64,000 nucleotides of DNA from Balanoglossus misakiensis (lineage: Eukaryota > Animalia > Hemichordata), in the NCBI GenBank assembly GCA_040954595.2, contig CM082578.2:11725166-11789165 (forward strand), written 5' to 3'. Both the position numbers and the translations under genes were made by a program. Of the stretch, positions 23,801 through 38,800 are shown piece after piece (within the stretch, counting starts at the first letter, position 1; every line of letters begins with the position of its first letter). The notes beneath the pieces are model-generated. The model saw only the letters and a list, made by a program, of their open reading frames with translations, had not been told where the DNA came from and did not search any database.

Positions 23801-26800
23801 TTTCACATTAATTGCTCTACAAAGTATGACTGTAGTGGTAAAATCATATTCTGATTATGATCATGATTACTGTATTACAATCTGCATTGGCTGCAGGCTG
23901 TCTGAAATATTGAAATGCAAAATGTTTCCTTGCACGTTCCAATATGATGATCAGGTACATGCATCATAAGCCGGGACTGAGAGCGATTTGACTCCCGGAT
24001 CAGACAATGGCACATTGTTCTACTCCTGCCTCCCACAACCATCAACACACGCACACCCTGCCACCATGGCAACTGAACTGATCCCTGAGCAAATACAGCA
24101 ATTTTATTTATTGGTTTTTACAATTGCCAGTGGCAGTACGGCGAGAATCCCCCGGGCTTTTACCTCAATCAACAAATTTATAAAATGTTTGCGGCAACGC
24201 GTTCAATACTTCTACATACACATTGGTGTAACCGTATATTTGAACTCATGTTTCAGTGGTGATTTATAACAATCAAAGTTAAACTTATGTGGCCCGGGTG
24301 TACATGTATATTGATTAAAAATGGAAACTAAATATGAACAATAAAGTGAAAATGCATCCCTTTCTTCGCATTGAGATTTTGATTATGTTTGTAGTAATAA
24401 TGCATCTGATCATAGTGTGGTTTTAAGGGAACTTTCAGTGCATGTAGTTGGGGGAGGGTGTCAAGAAGAGACATTTTTAAAGGCTGCTGGGCTGAGTTTG
24501 AAGATTAGACTGAACTTACAATATTTTTCAAGATTGATGTAAAGTTGGTAATCACTTGATGGTCTTTGGAAAACACACAATTGACAGTGACCTTTTGAGT
24601 GACATGAAAAATCCTATATATTACATGATGGGGGAAAAAGGTAACAATCTACGAAGCTTATGTTAAACAGGACAATTAACTCTTTCACCTGGATATTTTG
24701 GTATGAACTTACAGTTCCAATGGTGAATTGGAACTACGTGCGGGTTAATGGGGGTGATGGCTCTAGATAAACCAGCACATGAAATCTCATCTGGGCAATA
24801 ATCGGAGCTAATGGACTGTGACTTTCTGCTGGCTGGTACTCGATCGCGTGTAGGTGTAGTGTAGGTCTGTACCTTACGAGTTTAATGAGATAACAACACA
24901 GCTATAGGGCGTAAAAATGACTTTCTGAAATGCTGGGAGTTTATTGCAATATGTCACAAGTTGTAGGAATCATGCTGGTTTCTTGGGACTATACATGTAT
25001 GACACAAAATGTGAAAATGGCGGTTGACGGACTTGATGATGGCTACAGATCTCAAGTGAGCATGCTCGGAGATGATTGAGTTCCGGCTGGTGACAACATT
25101 GTGAATTCTGGAATAAGTTTTCAGGAATTCTCCCACAGGTGATAGCGTTCAATCATAATACTTGGAGCACCAAAGACAAAGTTACAAAAATACACCTAAA
25201 TTGCAAGAAATATTATGTAGTGCTCTGGAATAACATCCATTCAACCATGAAAGTTATAGATATGGCGTATGTCCAACATACACATGATGATAGTAAAAAA
25301 AATCACGAAGAAGTCTTCATCAAGGTACTCTTTGACGTCATTGTAAGGTCAAGGCATTTGTGATGGCAGCATTTTCAAACCACCCCGACTTAAACTCTTT
25401 AAAACACTGATCTTTCCAGAGTAATTGTAGAGTGATTTTTGAATTCCTTGGAGAGGGGGTATGCTTTGAGTGGGCCCTTGCTTGAGCGTTTAGGATAATT
25501 AAATCAGTAGCCTTTATGACTGCAGGGGACGTACAGACCCGAAGAGGATTTTCATGTACACTTTTTTAAGCGAAAGCTACAGAGATTAACCATCAGAGAG
25601 TGAAGATGCATTAGCTTGGCTTTGTTCCAGTATCAGTCATGTGCACACTACAACATTCTTGATTAAATACATTATACACATGTGTGTTTTCTTTCCCTTG
25701 GACACTATAATCACACTGTCCAGATTTTCTCAACTTCTATCGTGTATCTGCAAATGTACCAAAACTTTCAAAATGTTGCACTTATTGTTTTCGTTGTTCA
25801 TGTAGCATTACACTATTATGTATTGTAAATAAGTAATGTTTACACTTGTTCTCTATGAGTAAGAAACTCCAGCATCGAAATCAGATCAAGACTTTGGCAA
25901 ATACATCTACTGGTCCTGATGAGTGACCACATTACAGGTTCAGCATCTGATTCAAGTAGAAGTTTCTACAACTGCAATGATGCACAACGCGATTTGAATG
26001 ATTATTTAATATTTCTGAGGTAGCTACCCCCTGGACATGCACTCCACCCCCTCCTTAAAAACACCTGCTCTTTAAAAACCCTGGACCCAACTGGTGGGTG
26101 GGAAATGTCAGGTTTAATGTCCGGGGGATAATATTAATACTGATCTATTAAATACGTACTTGGATATATATACTGATCTAATACCTACTTGGGTGAGTTT
26201 TATTAAAACATCAGATCTAGTTCCTACAGGTCGTCTCCCAAAATAACCAGATTCTGTTGCTATTAAAGGTTAATACTTCTCATGATTATCGACGGCTGCA
26301 GTTCTTTCCAGGCAGACACAAAAGTACATGCACTTTAAATGCAAAAGTGTTGTCATCATGGATTCCAAAAGAAAATACCTTCTCTGGGCTAAGATAAGCT
26401 TCTTGCATAAACTTCTCAGTCTAGAGGACATCAGCATAAAGTTTACTGGCAATTGCCATGTAACTCTGTTAAATGGCTCCATGTATACTCCTTTGACTTG
26501 CAGTCGAGACTAAGAACAGACGAACAACAATGGACAATTGGCCGATCGGACAAATTCCATGCCACTGACAACAGAGCTAAAGTTATAAACATGATATATA
26601 TTAATCAATTAATAAATGATATCTAATATTTGTTTGGCGGCTAAAAGGATTGGAATTAGGAGGAAAACAGTTGCTCTTAACAGGTTTCAATGATCAAAAA
26701 AATTAATTCTGAGCATTAGTGAGATTAATTTCATTTCCTATAATTAATTCATTTAATTTTAATAACCAATTTCCACAACAGTAATCCTGCATTTCATTTT

Positions 26801-29800
26801 ATTACAACCATACACCTTGTCAAATGAGTAAGACTTCTGGCAAAGATGTGAGGATTAACTTATTTCAGTATTAAAACATCCCTAGGGGGCTAGGGATATA
26901 GCAAAATCATTCATAATATACAGCTTCTGTTCAAATATGTGAATGCTGATGTTTACCAGTAAAATCCGAATAAATCCATGTACATTGTATGTATATATGC
27001 ATTTGGAGAGATACACACAAACCAGGGTACCACCGCATACCAGTACATTTTACTTCAAAGCACAGGCAGTCAAGGCTTGAAACTGAATCAGATGTTTCCA
27101 ACAGCGGTGATAACACACAATGTGCGTTTTGTGACATAATTGTAGAGTGGTCAATATGACAGGGTTATGTGTTGTGTAAACATGAATATACAATTATGTC
27201 AATGCATCACTTTTGTGTATCGGTTCAAGGGCTGCATGGTAACTTTGTCAATGCATTCACTCTTCCTTGTGCCAGCACCATGCTGAACTTACATTGAAAA
27301 GGCGGCTATGATCAGAGTGCCAAAAAAGTGCTGGCACGGTGACAACATTTTGCTAAATGTTTTACTGTATAGCTGTACTGTATCATTCTTTTGGGGCTAT
27401 GATTTACATCTCTCAACAACCAATTGTTTCAGCAGGGCCATACCTTATCACGTGATTGCAAACAACCTTTTCAAAAAAAGGTAAAGGACAACAAGGTGAC
27501 ACTTTTGTCCTTTTAGCAGCCAAGCAATTTATTTTCCAGTACGTCATGAAGCGGATCTTGACACTAATGCAACTCGAATATTGCATTCTTTCACTCAAAA
27601 ATATTCCCTGGCAATAGAAATTACCGGCGAGGAATTCATCCGAGCTCAAGTGCACTTACAAATTAGCACCCTTTCAAACTTTGAACAATCAACGCACGAG
27701 GCTCGCACTCCAGAGTCATCAAATTCAAATGCATGGCGGGCCCAGCTGCATTGATTTAAATTGACTGCCTCTGTGAGTACAATATCGTTTTAACAAGACT
27801 ATGAGGCAAATCAAGCCAATTTAACCAACTTAAATAAATTGCTGGAACTCGGGGTGAATTTGGATCAGGTGAAGGGCTGGTTGTTATAGCCAGCTAATTA
27901 GAATCCAGCCTTCAACTTTTGCCAGTGAGGCTAACAGAAAGACGGGATGGCACACAACTGGAGGTGTACATCCTTGGGTTAGATTTCACTGGAGAGTAAT
28001 TAGGTTGAAAAAAGAGTTACTGTGCAAGATGAGATTCAAGGAACTTTAGAAAAAAAATGTTGTTGCCTAAGCAGAAGTGTATTCTGAGGTCTGAAAAGAC
28101 TGATGAAATTATACCCTCTCTTCCTGCAGGGATCACAACAGTAATTTGCTTTTATAAATGTGTCACAAACCAAAACTGACATTCACCAAAAAGCCTAAAT
28201 AAAAACCTTTAAAACATTTATACAATGTAAACTTTACAAGACAGCCAGGCCTTAAATACAAAATTTATGATACTTTATGCTCAACTGATCGACTTCCACT
28301 TGTGGCAAAAAAATACAGCTAATCATGACATTCTGTTTAATTACCAGCATATCAAAAGATGAAAGTCACAAGGATTCTATAGAAACGTCAGTCCAGTACT
28401 TCGTACGGTACATTTGATAGCATGAATCAATCATTGCCGGGTATTTGTTGAGCTTCTTATAATGGCTTTCCAGTTTATAGACAACTGTTGTAAGAGTAAT
28501 TACCCATCTGACAGACTAGCTGCAACACAGCTGTCTCCAACAAATTGTCGACTGGTAGGTCAGTGTACTTTTCTAATCAAAATTTATTAAATTGCGGATA
28601 CTGTCAAAAGCAAGAAACTTTTTTTTGAATAGCGTTGATGAAAAATGACATCTAGTCTCTTCTGACAAGTTCTCGCTCAAAACAGAAGCTACATTTGATC
28701 ATACCATAGAATGAAATAAATTGATGTACATATGTACGTCGTGGTATATTGTCCAAATCTGAATGAAATTAGTCTGGACATGTCATTTTTTAGAGAATGG
28801 TTCTAGATGAATGCATACATGCACAGGACACATGGAGGCCACTCCACTTCTAACTCCCCTACACTCCATCTGTAGGGACTTCACTGTAATAATGATTTCG
28901 GACAGAACTACAATCAGAATTGTGGTGAAATGGAACAGACATAAACCTGCAATGGCATATCATGATATGCCACTCCAGAGACAATTAAGTTAAGTCGGTC
29001 AGCTGAGAAAAGCTCTTTAATTGGTGTTTCAGACTTCAAAATGTGACCACCATATTAAACACTGCCATGTGCTTGACTTCATGAAGTCCTTTCAGCAGAG
29101 ATTGATGATCATGCGGTCATATCCCCTTTTGCTGCTTAGTTTTCACAGATGACACTTTACCAGTAGAGAACGTGCCATATGCCAATGATTGCAGCTGATC
29201 AATGTATAATATATTAACACATATCCACAGATTCAGGTTTTTTAGGTCAAAAGACATTGACTGGTAGTTTCCAATATCATTATAAGGGAGAAAATACAGT
29301 CTAAGTTTAACACATCACTTTTGACAAACGATTTTAATAACCACACAGCAGTCATCCAAAAAGATTCCAAACATGCAAGGATAGTGTTCTGTTGTTAGTA
29401 ACGCACTCCAACTTGTACCAGTAATCAACAAAACCCCAAAACTCTCACTGGTAAATTATAAAACTTTTTCTTCACATATCTCTCACTCAAGTGTAATAAC
29501 CAGCAGATGTGTACACCTCACAGCAACCAAGTAACATGAAATTATCAGTTGTAAAATATCAACAATCGAGAGAAAAGATATTGCTTTGCAGGTTTGAAAA
29601 AAAAAGTCTGCTGTGTATATTCTTTGATATCTCAGACTACATGTATGGTTTGATACGTGATACGTATATACATTTCATTTTATCAGTTTGCTGCACATTT
29701 GGAACAAAAAAATTGCATGAAACTGGAGGCCTGGCAGCAATTCTATTTTAAAGGGAAAAAGTTAAATTAATTGGCTTAGTTTACAAGAAACGTGGGAGCC

Positions 29801-32800
29801 AACCGATTCACGATGACGGAATGAAGATGAAGATGAATACATTAAGTAGTATAATCGCGAGATCACTTTCTCCAGGCATGCGGCAATGTGCACCTATGGG
29901 AGTCAATGCATTGTTCTGATGCAACGTTATCACTGTGGCATGTATCCAGGGAAAACTACACCACTGTACCCCTTGGAGGGAAACAAGCCTACCCTCGACA
30001 CACGGCCAATGGTATCTTGTCCAAGGCTTGCACCGAGAGAGAGATAAACACACTCCTATCATCTTTTGCAATAATAACAATTTTTGTTCCGATGAAGTAA
30101 CACGAAATACATCAACAATATTGATCAAATGAAGGATTGACTACATAATTGATAGTGTCAGTCCACTTAGACTGGGAGCAGATTACAGTCACATACTTCC
30201 TGTAGAGTTTTAATACAGCAAATTCAGCAATATAGTGTCTCTCATATTTTTTCAAACACTGAAATGATTTATTCTTGGGACAGCGCATGGTTTTCAGCTT
30301 TCAGCTTCGTGCACATGCACGTATACTATCATACAACAAAAAACAACAGATCAGTCAAAAAGACAATCTGGTAATCCTTTGGGAAAGCAAATTGATGATC
30401 CGGGACAACTGTATTATCCGGTATTCTGATCAATAAAACAGAAAAGCAAAATATATCATTTTTCTTACAATTCTTTCCTTATCTTTCGACCAATGCACGA
30501 CCCCCAGACTTTAGATCCAAGTTTATCTCCAAATGTCTAATTAGGCCAATTTCTGCTAGTTAGGAAATCTCACTGGTAATTAACATTTTTCTTCCATGTC
30601 ATTCATCAGAGGGTATGATATAAGTCATCCCTTGCAAGAGGGTCTCAAATATGCTTTCTCTCTCTCTCTCTGTCTTCCCAAAAATTGACCACTTTTTCCT
30701 TATTTATTAACTTTCAGGAATGGAAAACCTGTGTCTTGACAACGGCAATCCGCCGCCTGAATTTCCAGGAATTTATCGAGTAAACAGATTCATCTGGGTA
30801 AGTCCTTCAGATCACTAGCAAAATATCGCAATGACGTCATCAGTAATGATGATTCCGATCACCATGGTAACAGTAACAATGAAAATGTGGATGCTGATGT
30901 CAAAACTGGCCTGGCCATCCCTCAAGGTTTGCACTGCACAGAAGTGCCCTTTTTTCCCCGAAATGCTACATCTGAAGACAAGATCGCACGTTGTCAACAA
31001 GACAAAAAATAAGCATGCCTCAAGGACGACACGGCCCTGTTGATTTCTTTTGTGGCGTTCATTAGAATATTATTCTCAAGGAGACAGACAAGTCGTTCAG
31101 GCTGCCACGGGATATCTACTTGATTCTTTTTTTGTAACAGCGAGATGGTGCATCAAGGGAATCTATTGAAAGCCACTTCATTTTGGGGGACTTTTTCTCT
31201 CATTTTTCGCCATCGTCAAAGACTCAGTGTGACTGGCTGATAGTAACCTTAGGGCACAGGCTTATGCTTGGGCTGAGAACTGTAAAACGGTAAATTTTTA
31301 GCAAACGATAAATTTTCGCGAACTTTGCGAAAGCCAAAAAACGCGATAATATATAGTGGCAAAAGAACAATGTGCACAAGAGAATGTTATTTCAGGATAA
31401 AGAGAACGTGAAAATTAATTGTTGCTGAATAATCGCCTTGTTGATATTGCGAAAATTTCCCGTTTTACAATATATGCCAAAAGCTTCATGGCAGGAGGCT
31501 AGTTCTTACGCGTACCGCTACGCGCAAAGAACGTCGCAGTCTCACACTCAACAGAAATCACCTGAGGCTATCTACTGTCTGACACTGTACATACATGATG
31601 AAAGAGCGATCAAACTTCCTGCTATTTTCCTGGTATAAACGAGAATGTCCTGATAAATATGTAGATTGTAATGATATGCACTTGGCAAGGTTGGTGTACA
31701 TATTTTATAGACACAGTAGTGTACACACTACTCAGACAGACTGTGTGGCAAGGTTTTTGTCAGTGCATATGAAAAATATACGATTAGAGATTATTTTCTT
31801 GAGATATTGAGGTCAAAGTTCAGTGACTTCTTCCCTGTCAATGGTATATGATCCAATATTTTCAGATAAAAGAGATGATTTATGAAAACTTGCATTCATA
31901 TCGTATTTGGATGCACATTCTTGGGTTGTACTATAAAAACGACTGGAACTGAAGCACTATGTGCTGTCCATTGGGAGATCTGCTTTCAAAATTATCAGTC
32001 CACAAGTGTTAAAATATCCTCAATGGTTGTTTTCTGCGCTTTACAGATATTACGCTGACTGAGTTTGCAATGAGAGAAAAACTGATACCAATGTTGTCAA
32101 CAACATTGATCCATGGGTGGGGGGGGGGAAGAATTGATCAATTTATGGTAAACATGTATTTATTTTTGCAAATAGACCACAGAAACCTTGAACAGAATTC
32201 CAAGAAATGCCGGGTGCTTCAGTCCCAAGACATGTTTTCACAGATAACCTTGCAGTCACAGAATGTGCAGCCGCAAATTAAAATGCCTCTGACACAACCC
32301 CGGCTACTACAGTTTATGATGACACCTGTCAATTCTTTGATGAATTGAAATATTAAAATTGCACACATGACTGCCTAAAAATCATATCACCTGGTGCTTC
32401 TATGTTGGCAACACAAACACAAGGCTACATGCTCGCCTACGTAGTACACAAGTCCATGATCCAAGTCGACCACCTCGAAGAAAGTGGGCAACTCCCTTGA
32501 AGTTATAAACAGCTATTCTTACCCGTAATTTAAAATTTGTGAAGGAACTATAACGCATTTGGAGGTACAGCAAAAATACAGACTGTGAACTGAATACCAA
32601 TTTTTTGCTGAAAATGATATGTATTTTCTTTCTATATGGGCAAAACTGAACTGCTCTTATGCATCCACTCAACACAATTTGATTAAATTTCACCACACTC
32701 ATTATTATTGCAGTAAATTGAGCAGGTTTGCAGAGGTGAATTTTCAGATTAAGTGTTTCAACAACGGCGCATGCATACAAATTTACCCTACTGTCATAAT

Positions 32801-35800
32801 TCTTTTTATTTTGTTTTCTTATGATCCATGGCAAAAGTTTTTCTAATGTTTGTTGCAAAACCAGATGTCCGACAAGAATGGAAATATAGGCAGCAAATAT
32901 TGCATTTCACGCCATTTTTACGCTTTTTGATCAAATGGGATCGAATAACACACTGCACTCAGTAAAGGCTGATGTTGAAGTTCAGCTGTACAATGAAGTT
33001 TCCTTTTACAGTGTTCGAAAAATGCCTCGAAGGTTGAGTTCCCAGTTTTTGTCAGACAAGCCTAGCCGCTTATTGGCATATTACCGCAGGCCCGACTGAA
33101 AACGGGACACGGATTTCTCAAACAATTATCAAACGTTGAAACAGGAAACTTCACACAGCCAAACTTCAATATCAAACCGACTGAATGCAGTGTGTTATTC
33201 GATCCCGGACCCATAATATGTAAAAAGATGAATATGTGAAAGGTGAGCCTTCATGTATTTGTCGAGAAAGTGACTTTTCAACCACGCAAGAACATCGATG
33301 AATGACGTCATTGTGGATTTAATTGAAGTAAAGGGAAGGAAGGGATGCGGCTTTTGCAGTCACTTTAACCCTGGTCCATTTGCCTATTTTTTAATATTCT
33401 TTTATAAAGACTAATCAAGTACTTGTATAACTTCACAGTAACTTGAAACTTAGCATTTAATCAAAATATTTCAATTCCTCTCTGTATAGGTCTTCGCAAG
33501 ACTTCTTAAACACCCCCCCCCCTTCCCCCCAACTGACACGTGACATCCGCTTCAAAAGAGGGCTATTCCTCCCTCAAGGAACATCCAAACGAGGGTAACT
33601 AGGAGGTAGAGACCAGAGTTGGCATCGAATGAAAAACATATTCTTTTCTCTCAAAAAAACACATTTTTACTCACCTATGGCACTGAAGTCAATCTCATAG
33701 AAATTGCGAAAATCATTTTTATCAAGAAATGTGCCCCGCAGGAGTGATCTGATATGAAAACAGAACCACCTGCTACATTCTGTAAAAGTGACGTTGGCAT
33801 GATTGAATTATTTAGTGGTTATTATGACAACGCTGGCTGTTGTGGGACAGCGCATTTCATTCAAGACTTCGCTCCGGATTTTTAAAATGTAATTTCACCT
33901 TTCAAGCATTCATGATCTGACAAGTGCCGCCAGCGTTCCTCGTATCCAGCCTTTGTGTATGAAATGTATCAGAGTGCAGATCAGACAAAGGTTCTTCTGC
34001 TGCAGGGCACAGGTAATGCGATTATCATAGCTCCCTTATATTTCAGCCAGGTTTCAATTCAAGAAAGACATCTGGCGAGCTACCGCATGTACCAGATAAT
34101 GGTGAGGGTCAAACGGCAAGTTCTCTAGTCCTTTCCATTGATTGACCGTGAAAGAATACTTGAACCTCTATGGAATGCAATACATTGTACGTGTATGTTG
34201 TTCATTACCTCTGGTAATTAGGAGAAGAATTTGATATTAATCTATTTCACATCAACTAAGCTTTAATATAAAGTTTGTGAAACTAAAACAGTTTGTACGT
34301 CAATTATGAACAATGAGTAAAAAACAGCACTTGTAAAAGTCATTACTGAAAACGTTTCCATTCCTGAAACAAACATACCTTGTCTAGCGAAGATGAACTT
34401 TACCTGGCCATTGTCCTTGCAAGCATTTTATGATCAGCAGCACAGCAACAGGGAATGGTTTGTGGTATTTGGCATTTCAGAATTACTTCCCTGGTCCCAT
34501 CTATCACTTTTAATCACAAGCATGACATACCTTACTGTACTTTAATGGGACAAAGACTGACTCACTTTTGACATTACACATGTACTTGTATGTTGTTCTA
34601 TTCTTCACAATTAAAATGACTATTGCCAAGTTGTCAAAGCTCAAATCATGTCCTGTACATGAAAATAAACACAGAGTTCAGGCAATTCCATATGCACAGC
34701 CGGTGAGATTGGCGTGAAAGAAAACACTCTTAAGAATAGGCAATACAGGGGTTCTGTAAACCCAAAGACGTGCAATATTCAAGGAAAGTAAACTGGAAAC
34801 GGCATTTATTGATTCCGTATTCTGCACGCCCAGGCAAATGGGAAAATTGATGAACCAATACAATCGAGTCAAACGTGCGTCAATCAGTCATGAGGAAGTC
34901 GCTTTGCACCGTGGCACCTGTGAGTGCAACCTTGTCAGGATTCATTTGGGCCGTCGCATGCAACCTCAGATGGATCGTAATGCGATAGTTTACTCATTCA
35001 GTGCCTCGGATTCTGGAGAAAAAAATCATTAGCGACAGGCATTGTTGTAGTTTTCAAAGCTGGTGAATGACTTCGCTTTCCCGCTTTTTTTTTTCAACGC
35101 CATTCACGTCGAGTCGTGGCGCGATTCGAACGACTGTCAGAAATTCATTTGATCCTTATCTGCGCTTCCACTTAATCAATTTTCGCTGATTTTTAGGGGA
35201 GGGCAGTAACAATTGGCGGAGTACGACTGCCTTTTGATGCTAACAGGAAGAACAAAACAGCGGTTCAATCGCACACAACTGCTGTCAAGATTGTCTTGGA
35301 GTTTCTCCTGCTCACGGCTCTTCTGTTCGGTAATTTGATTACGGCGTGAACTCTGTTCTTTTGCTTAGCTTTAAACGTCAAACCCCTGACATCCTGCCGA
35401 AACACTCGGAACAAAACAGCCACAAAAAAGTAGATGTTGAGAGCAAATCTGCATTCTGTCTGAATGGTCCTGCTCATTTCCCCCGCTCTCAGTCTCTCTC
35501 TTCCCTCTCTCTCCCCTGCCCTTCCCCCCCCCCTCTCTCTCTCTCTCTCTGACATTGACCTTGATGACGTATGACCAATGCACCTCCTTGACATTGGACA
35601 GCATGACAAAATAATGCTAATGAGAGTCTCATTAACATTTCACCAGATCGGTAATTTTCTTTCCCTGTCAATGTTTGGGATTTCCACCGGGGACATCGCC
35701 ATGACAAGTTGTCTCTCGGTGTGACAATCAACCTTTAATACACATGTACATATTCACGACTGTGCAAGTTCACTCAATCTTTACACAGAGTCAGTCTACT

Positions 35801-38800
35801 GCGCCAAGGTGAATGTGGAGTTGATCAGCATGATGGCTGATCAACAAGGGCACAGATCGAGCGCACAAAGGCTGATGTGTCACAAAAAAAAACGAACAGA
35901 TGACAGGCAACATAATACACTTTTCCCGGTACTTTTTCTCCATTCAAACGTACAGCTCTCAGTTTAGTAATAAGAGATGTAGGTTAAATATGTATCTTCA
36001 CAAAACGGTGAACTTTCTGTAGGCGGCTTACAAAAGAACAAACTCTTTGAATAAGTTCAGAAAAATACTCCTAAGAAAGAGCATGATACGTTGAACACAA
36101 TCTACAGTATACGACCTACAAACTATATGAATTGAAAACTGCATTCTGAGAATGTGCCTTCAGATACTCTCTTTTAACCACATGCAACAATAAATCACAC
36201 CCTTTCTATTCACTTACCTTTAGTGCACTCATTTTCCAGCCAAGCAGCGTCTCCCAATTATTCGCAATTTCTGCAACGATAGTTTCTCCATCCACTGCTG
36301 CCAAAGGAATATTCGCATCTTGGTATTTCTACAACAAAGAGCGCCAGAAAAAAAAAGACCACAATTACACCACGGTTTAGAAAAAAAGTTCTGTGTACCC
36401 AACACAGACATTTCTCTAATTGGCTAAATTTGGATACTCCTTCCCAAAAAAAAAAGGCCAGGATCAGCTAGAACACAGCTCCATTTCTTGTCTGAAAGAT
36501 CTTCCTTTCATCTCACTCAGTATTCTTCTTTATCATTAACCCATGCATCATTGATGATCGCATGCCTTATTGAACTTTGGTATTTCACACCAATGCAGCA
36601 GTCACTTCTTTTAAATAAATAATTAAAGCGTGCATAAGCCGCATATCCGCTGGCATGAAAAGCAAGAGCATAGTTGCTTTGACACTCGACGGTATAGGTG
36701 AAAGCTGTCTTCTCTTTTGCCCTTTAATCAGGCTGTTTTCATCACCCCGACATTTGCGCATCAAATGAAATCATACACATTTTATACACCATGAAAGAAG
36801 TGCACAGTGTACAAATGTATGTGTAATTTTAGATTATGGCGGTTCATTGAAACCCACATGTCAACATCATAACATTTCATGTTTCCAAAATCTATTATCA
36901 TCACAATAACTTTTTAGCAAATGATCTTCATCTATTATCATCAGTACCTAATGCCCCAACATTACCGGTACATTACATGAAGAAGTTAACGGAAATCATC
37001 TTATTTTAAATTGTCTCTATTGTCACTTTCATCGGTTGAAATAACGTGCTTATAATGGACTCAGGTGCTTTAGTGAGCTCACAAGAAACCAATGGCAGTC
37101 AATGCTTCGTTTCAAAAGCTACTAGTTCATTCCATGACCAGAGGAGTTAATCGACGCCAACTATTGAAATTCTACCTTTATGGACTTCTGAATGATGTAA
37201 AAGCCCGTGGACACATTAACAACAGCACAGATAAACTGCGGCCATCAGAACACATTCTTCGCTGATGGAGGTATATAACCTGTGCTCACTTCTTGTCATT
37301 CAGCAATTACGATAACATCGAAGCAAGATCAGACTTGATGGCCTCCGCCGGCAAAGCTCATATTGCTTTGGCTAATAACATTTTCGGCTGAAATGCCATC
37401 TGAAATGAGGCAAATTGCACAGACACCAGCCTCTAATGTGGTTCATCACTCTTTTGTGCACCCTTACCCCCTTGGAAAAATGGATCATGTTATAATATTA
37501 CCCGGTGAACTACATGTATGCTTTAAATCATTCAGCGACAAACAGGGCTCCACGTGTGACGTGTGTTCTGAGTGTACATCCCTATTATTATGCCTTAAGG
37601 TTCATTTTATGGCAAATTTTTGAGAGCAGCGCACGACATGAAATCAAAGCAGATGAGAACTGCATAAAACTACAACGTATTTATGCAAATAAAGTGGCAT
37701 CCAGCCAAAGAAAGAATGGTTCAGAGCAGACAGTCAGTACACTGGGCTCACATATGAACAAATATCTGCCCAATACTCTGTGGCAGTCGCACAGCTTGTC
37801 AAACATGTAGTCGATGCACTACCCTAAAGCTGAGTAAACACATTTTCGTAAATTACAGGTAACAGATAAAAATCATTATTGATCTGAAAGATTGGAGTGA
37901 TAATCTCCATGAGATAACAGGCTGATTTCCCAGAAATGGTTGCAGCATTGGCCGACGCAACTTTATTTCAATAAATCTATCTCGACAGACACAGAAACGA
38001 GTGTAGACCATTGTGAATATATATACATGTATATATCTGTACTGTATCCATGGCTATTGCTGTAGTTGGGGTCTTACAAGCCATTCATATCTATTATTTA
38101 CTATCAATACATTATGTCAGTTTGTACCCAGACCCATTACCCTGATGGAAACCTCACATCTTGCCAAGCCAGACTCCATTAGCTTTATTTGCACCAGTTT
38201 AGCTGTCCATATCTTTGAATATTTCAGTATTAGTAAAATACCTTATACAATGTATGTCTGCATGTTATCAAGTAAAGTCCCAGTTGAAATATTGAAATTA
38301 TACTATCTAAATGTTCACACAGGACTTGGCTAATATTCATATTATCAACACAGGCACCACAACAGCCTAGATGATAATAACAATCTAACATTGTGTCTGG
38401 GACTTCTATACATAGAAACAGGGTGAACTGGGATTACTGTCCTCTTCAAGATCTCAAGACAAGTGTGTAAATACATGTATCATTATGTAAACTGGGAATC
38501 ACCCGAGGTACACTGTATTGTGTATGTTATTTTGACGTCAATCTATAATTTACTGCTGTATTAAGTCATAAAATGAAATGCAGGGGTACACATTCTTATG
38601 GAGAGCAAATATACCCAAACAAAATTACAAATTTATGTAAATAAAATTATGTGCGACAATTACAGCTTCATTAGTAAATCTATTATTTTTAGCATCACTG
38701 GAATTTTATTTAACATATGTAAATCAATAGAGTAATGAGCCTATGAGCACATTGTTTAGGCTACAATTATATCAAAATAAGTTCAACTTCAGGGTCACCT

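Noticed and set aside
26379-26420. 42-nt minus-strand AG..GT segment reading TEKFMQEAYLSPEK
   Set aside because: Weak pyrimidine tract, weak donor (gtattt) and no homology. The true exon 4 was found at 15194-15253.
32400-32858. Longest ORF in the track (152 aa)
   Set aside because: Non-ATG start, no recognisable motif, composition typical of AT-rich intron.
30278-33853. GGGACAGCGC half-sites (~30278, ~33843) resembling REST/RE1
   Set aside because: Only the right half-site is present, with no adjacent TTCAGCACC.
35265-35731. Overlapping ORFs with ERERE/GGG runs
   Set aside because: Translation artefacts of the CT microsatellite and poly-C.
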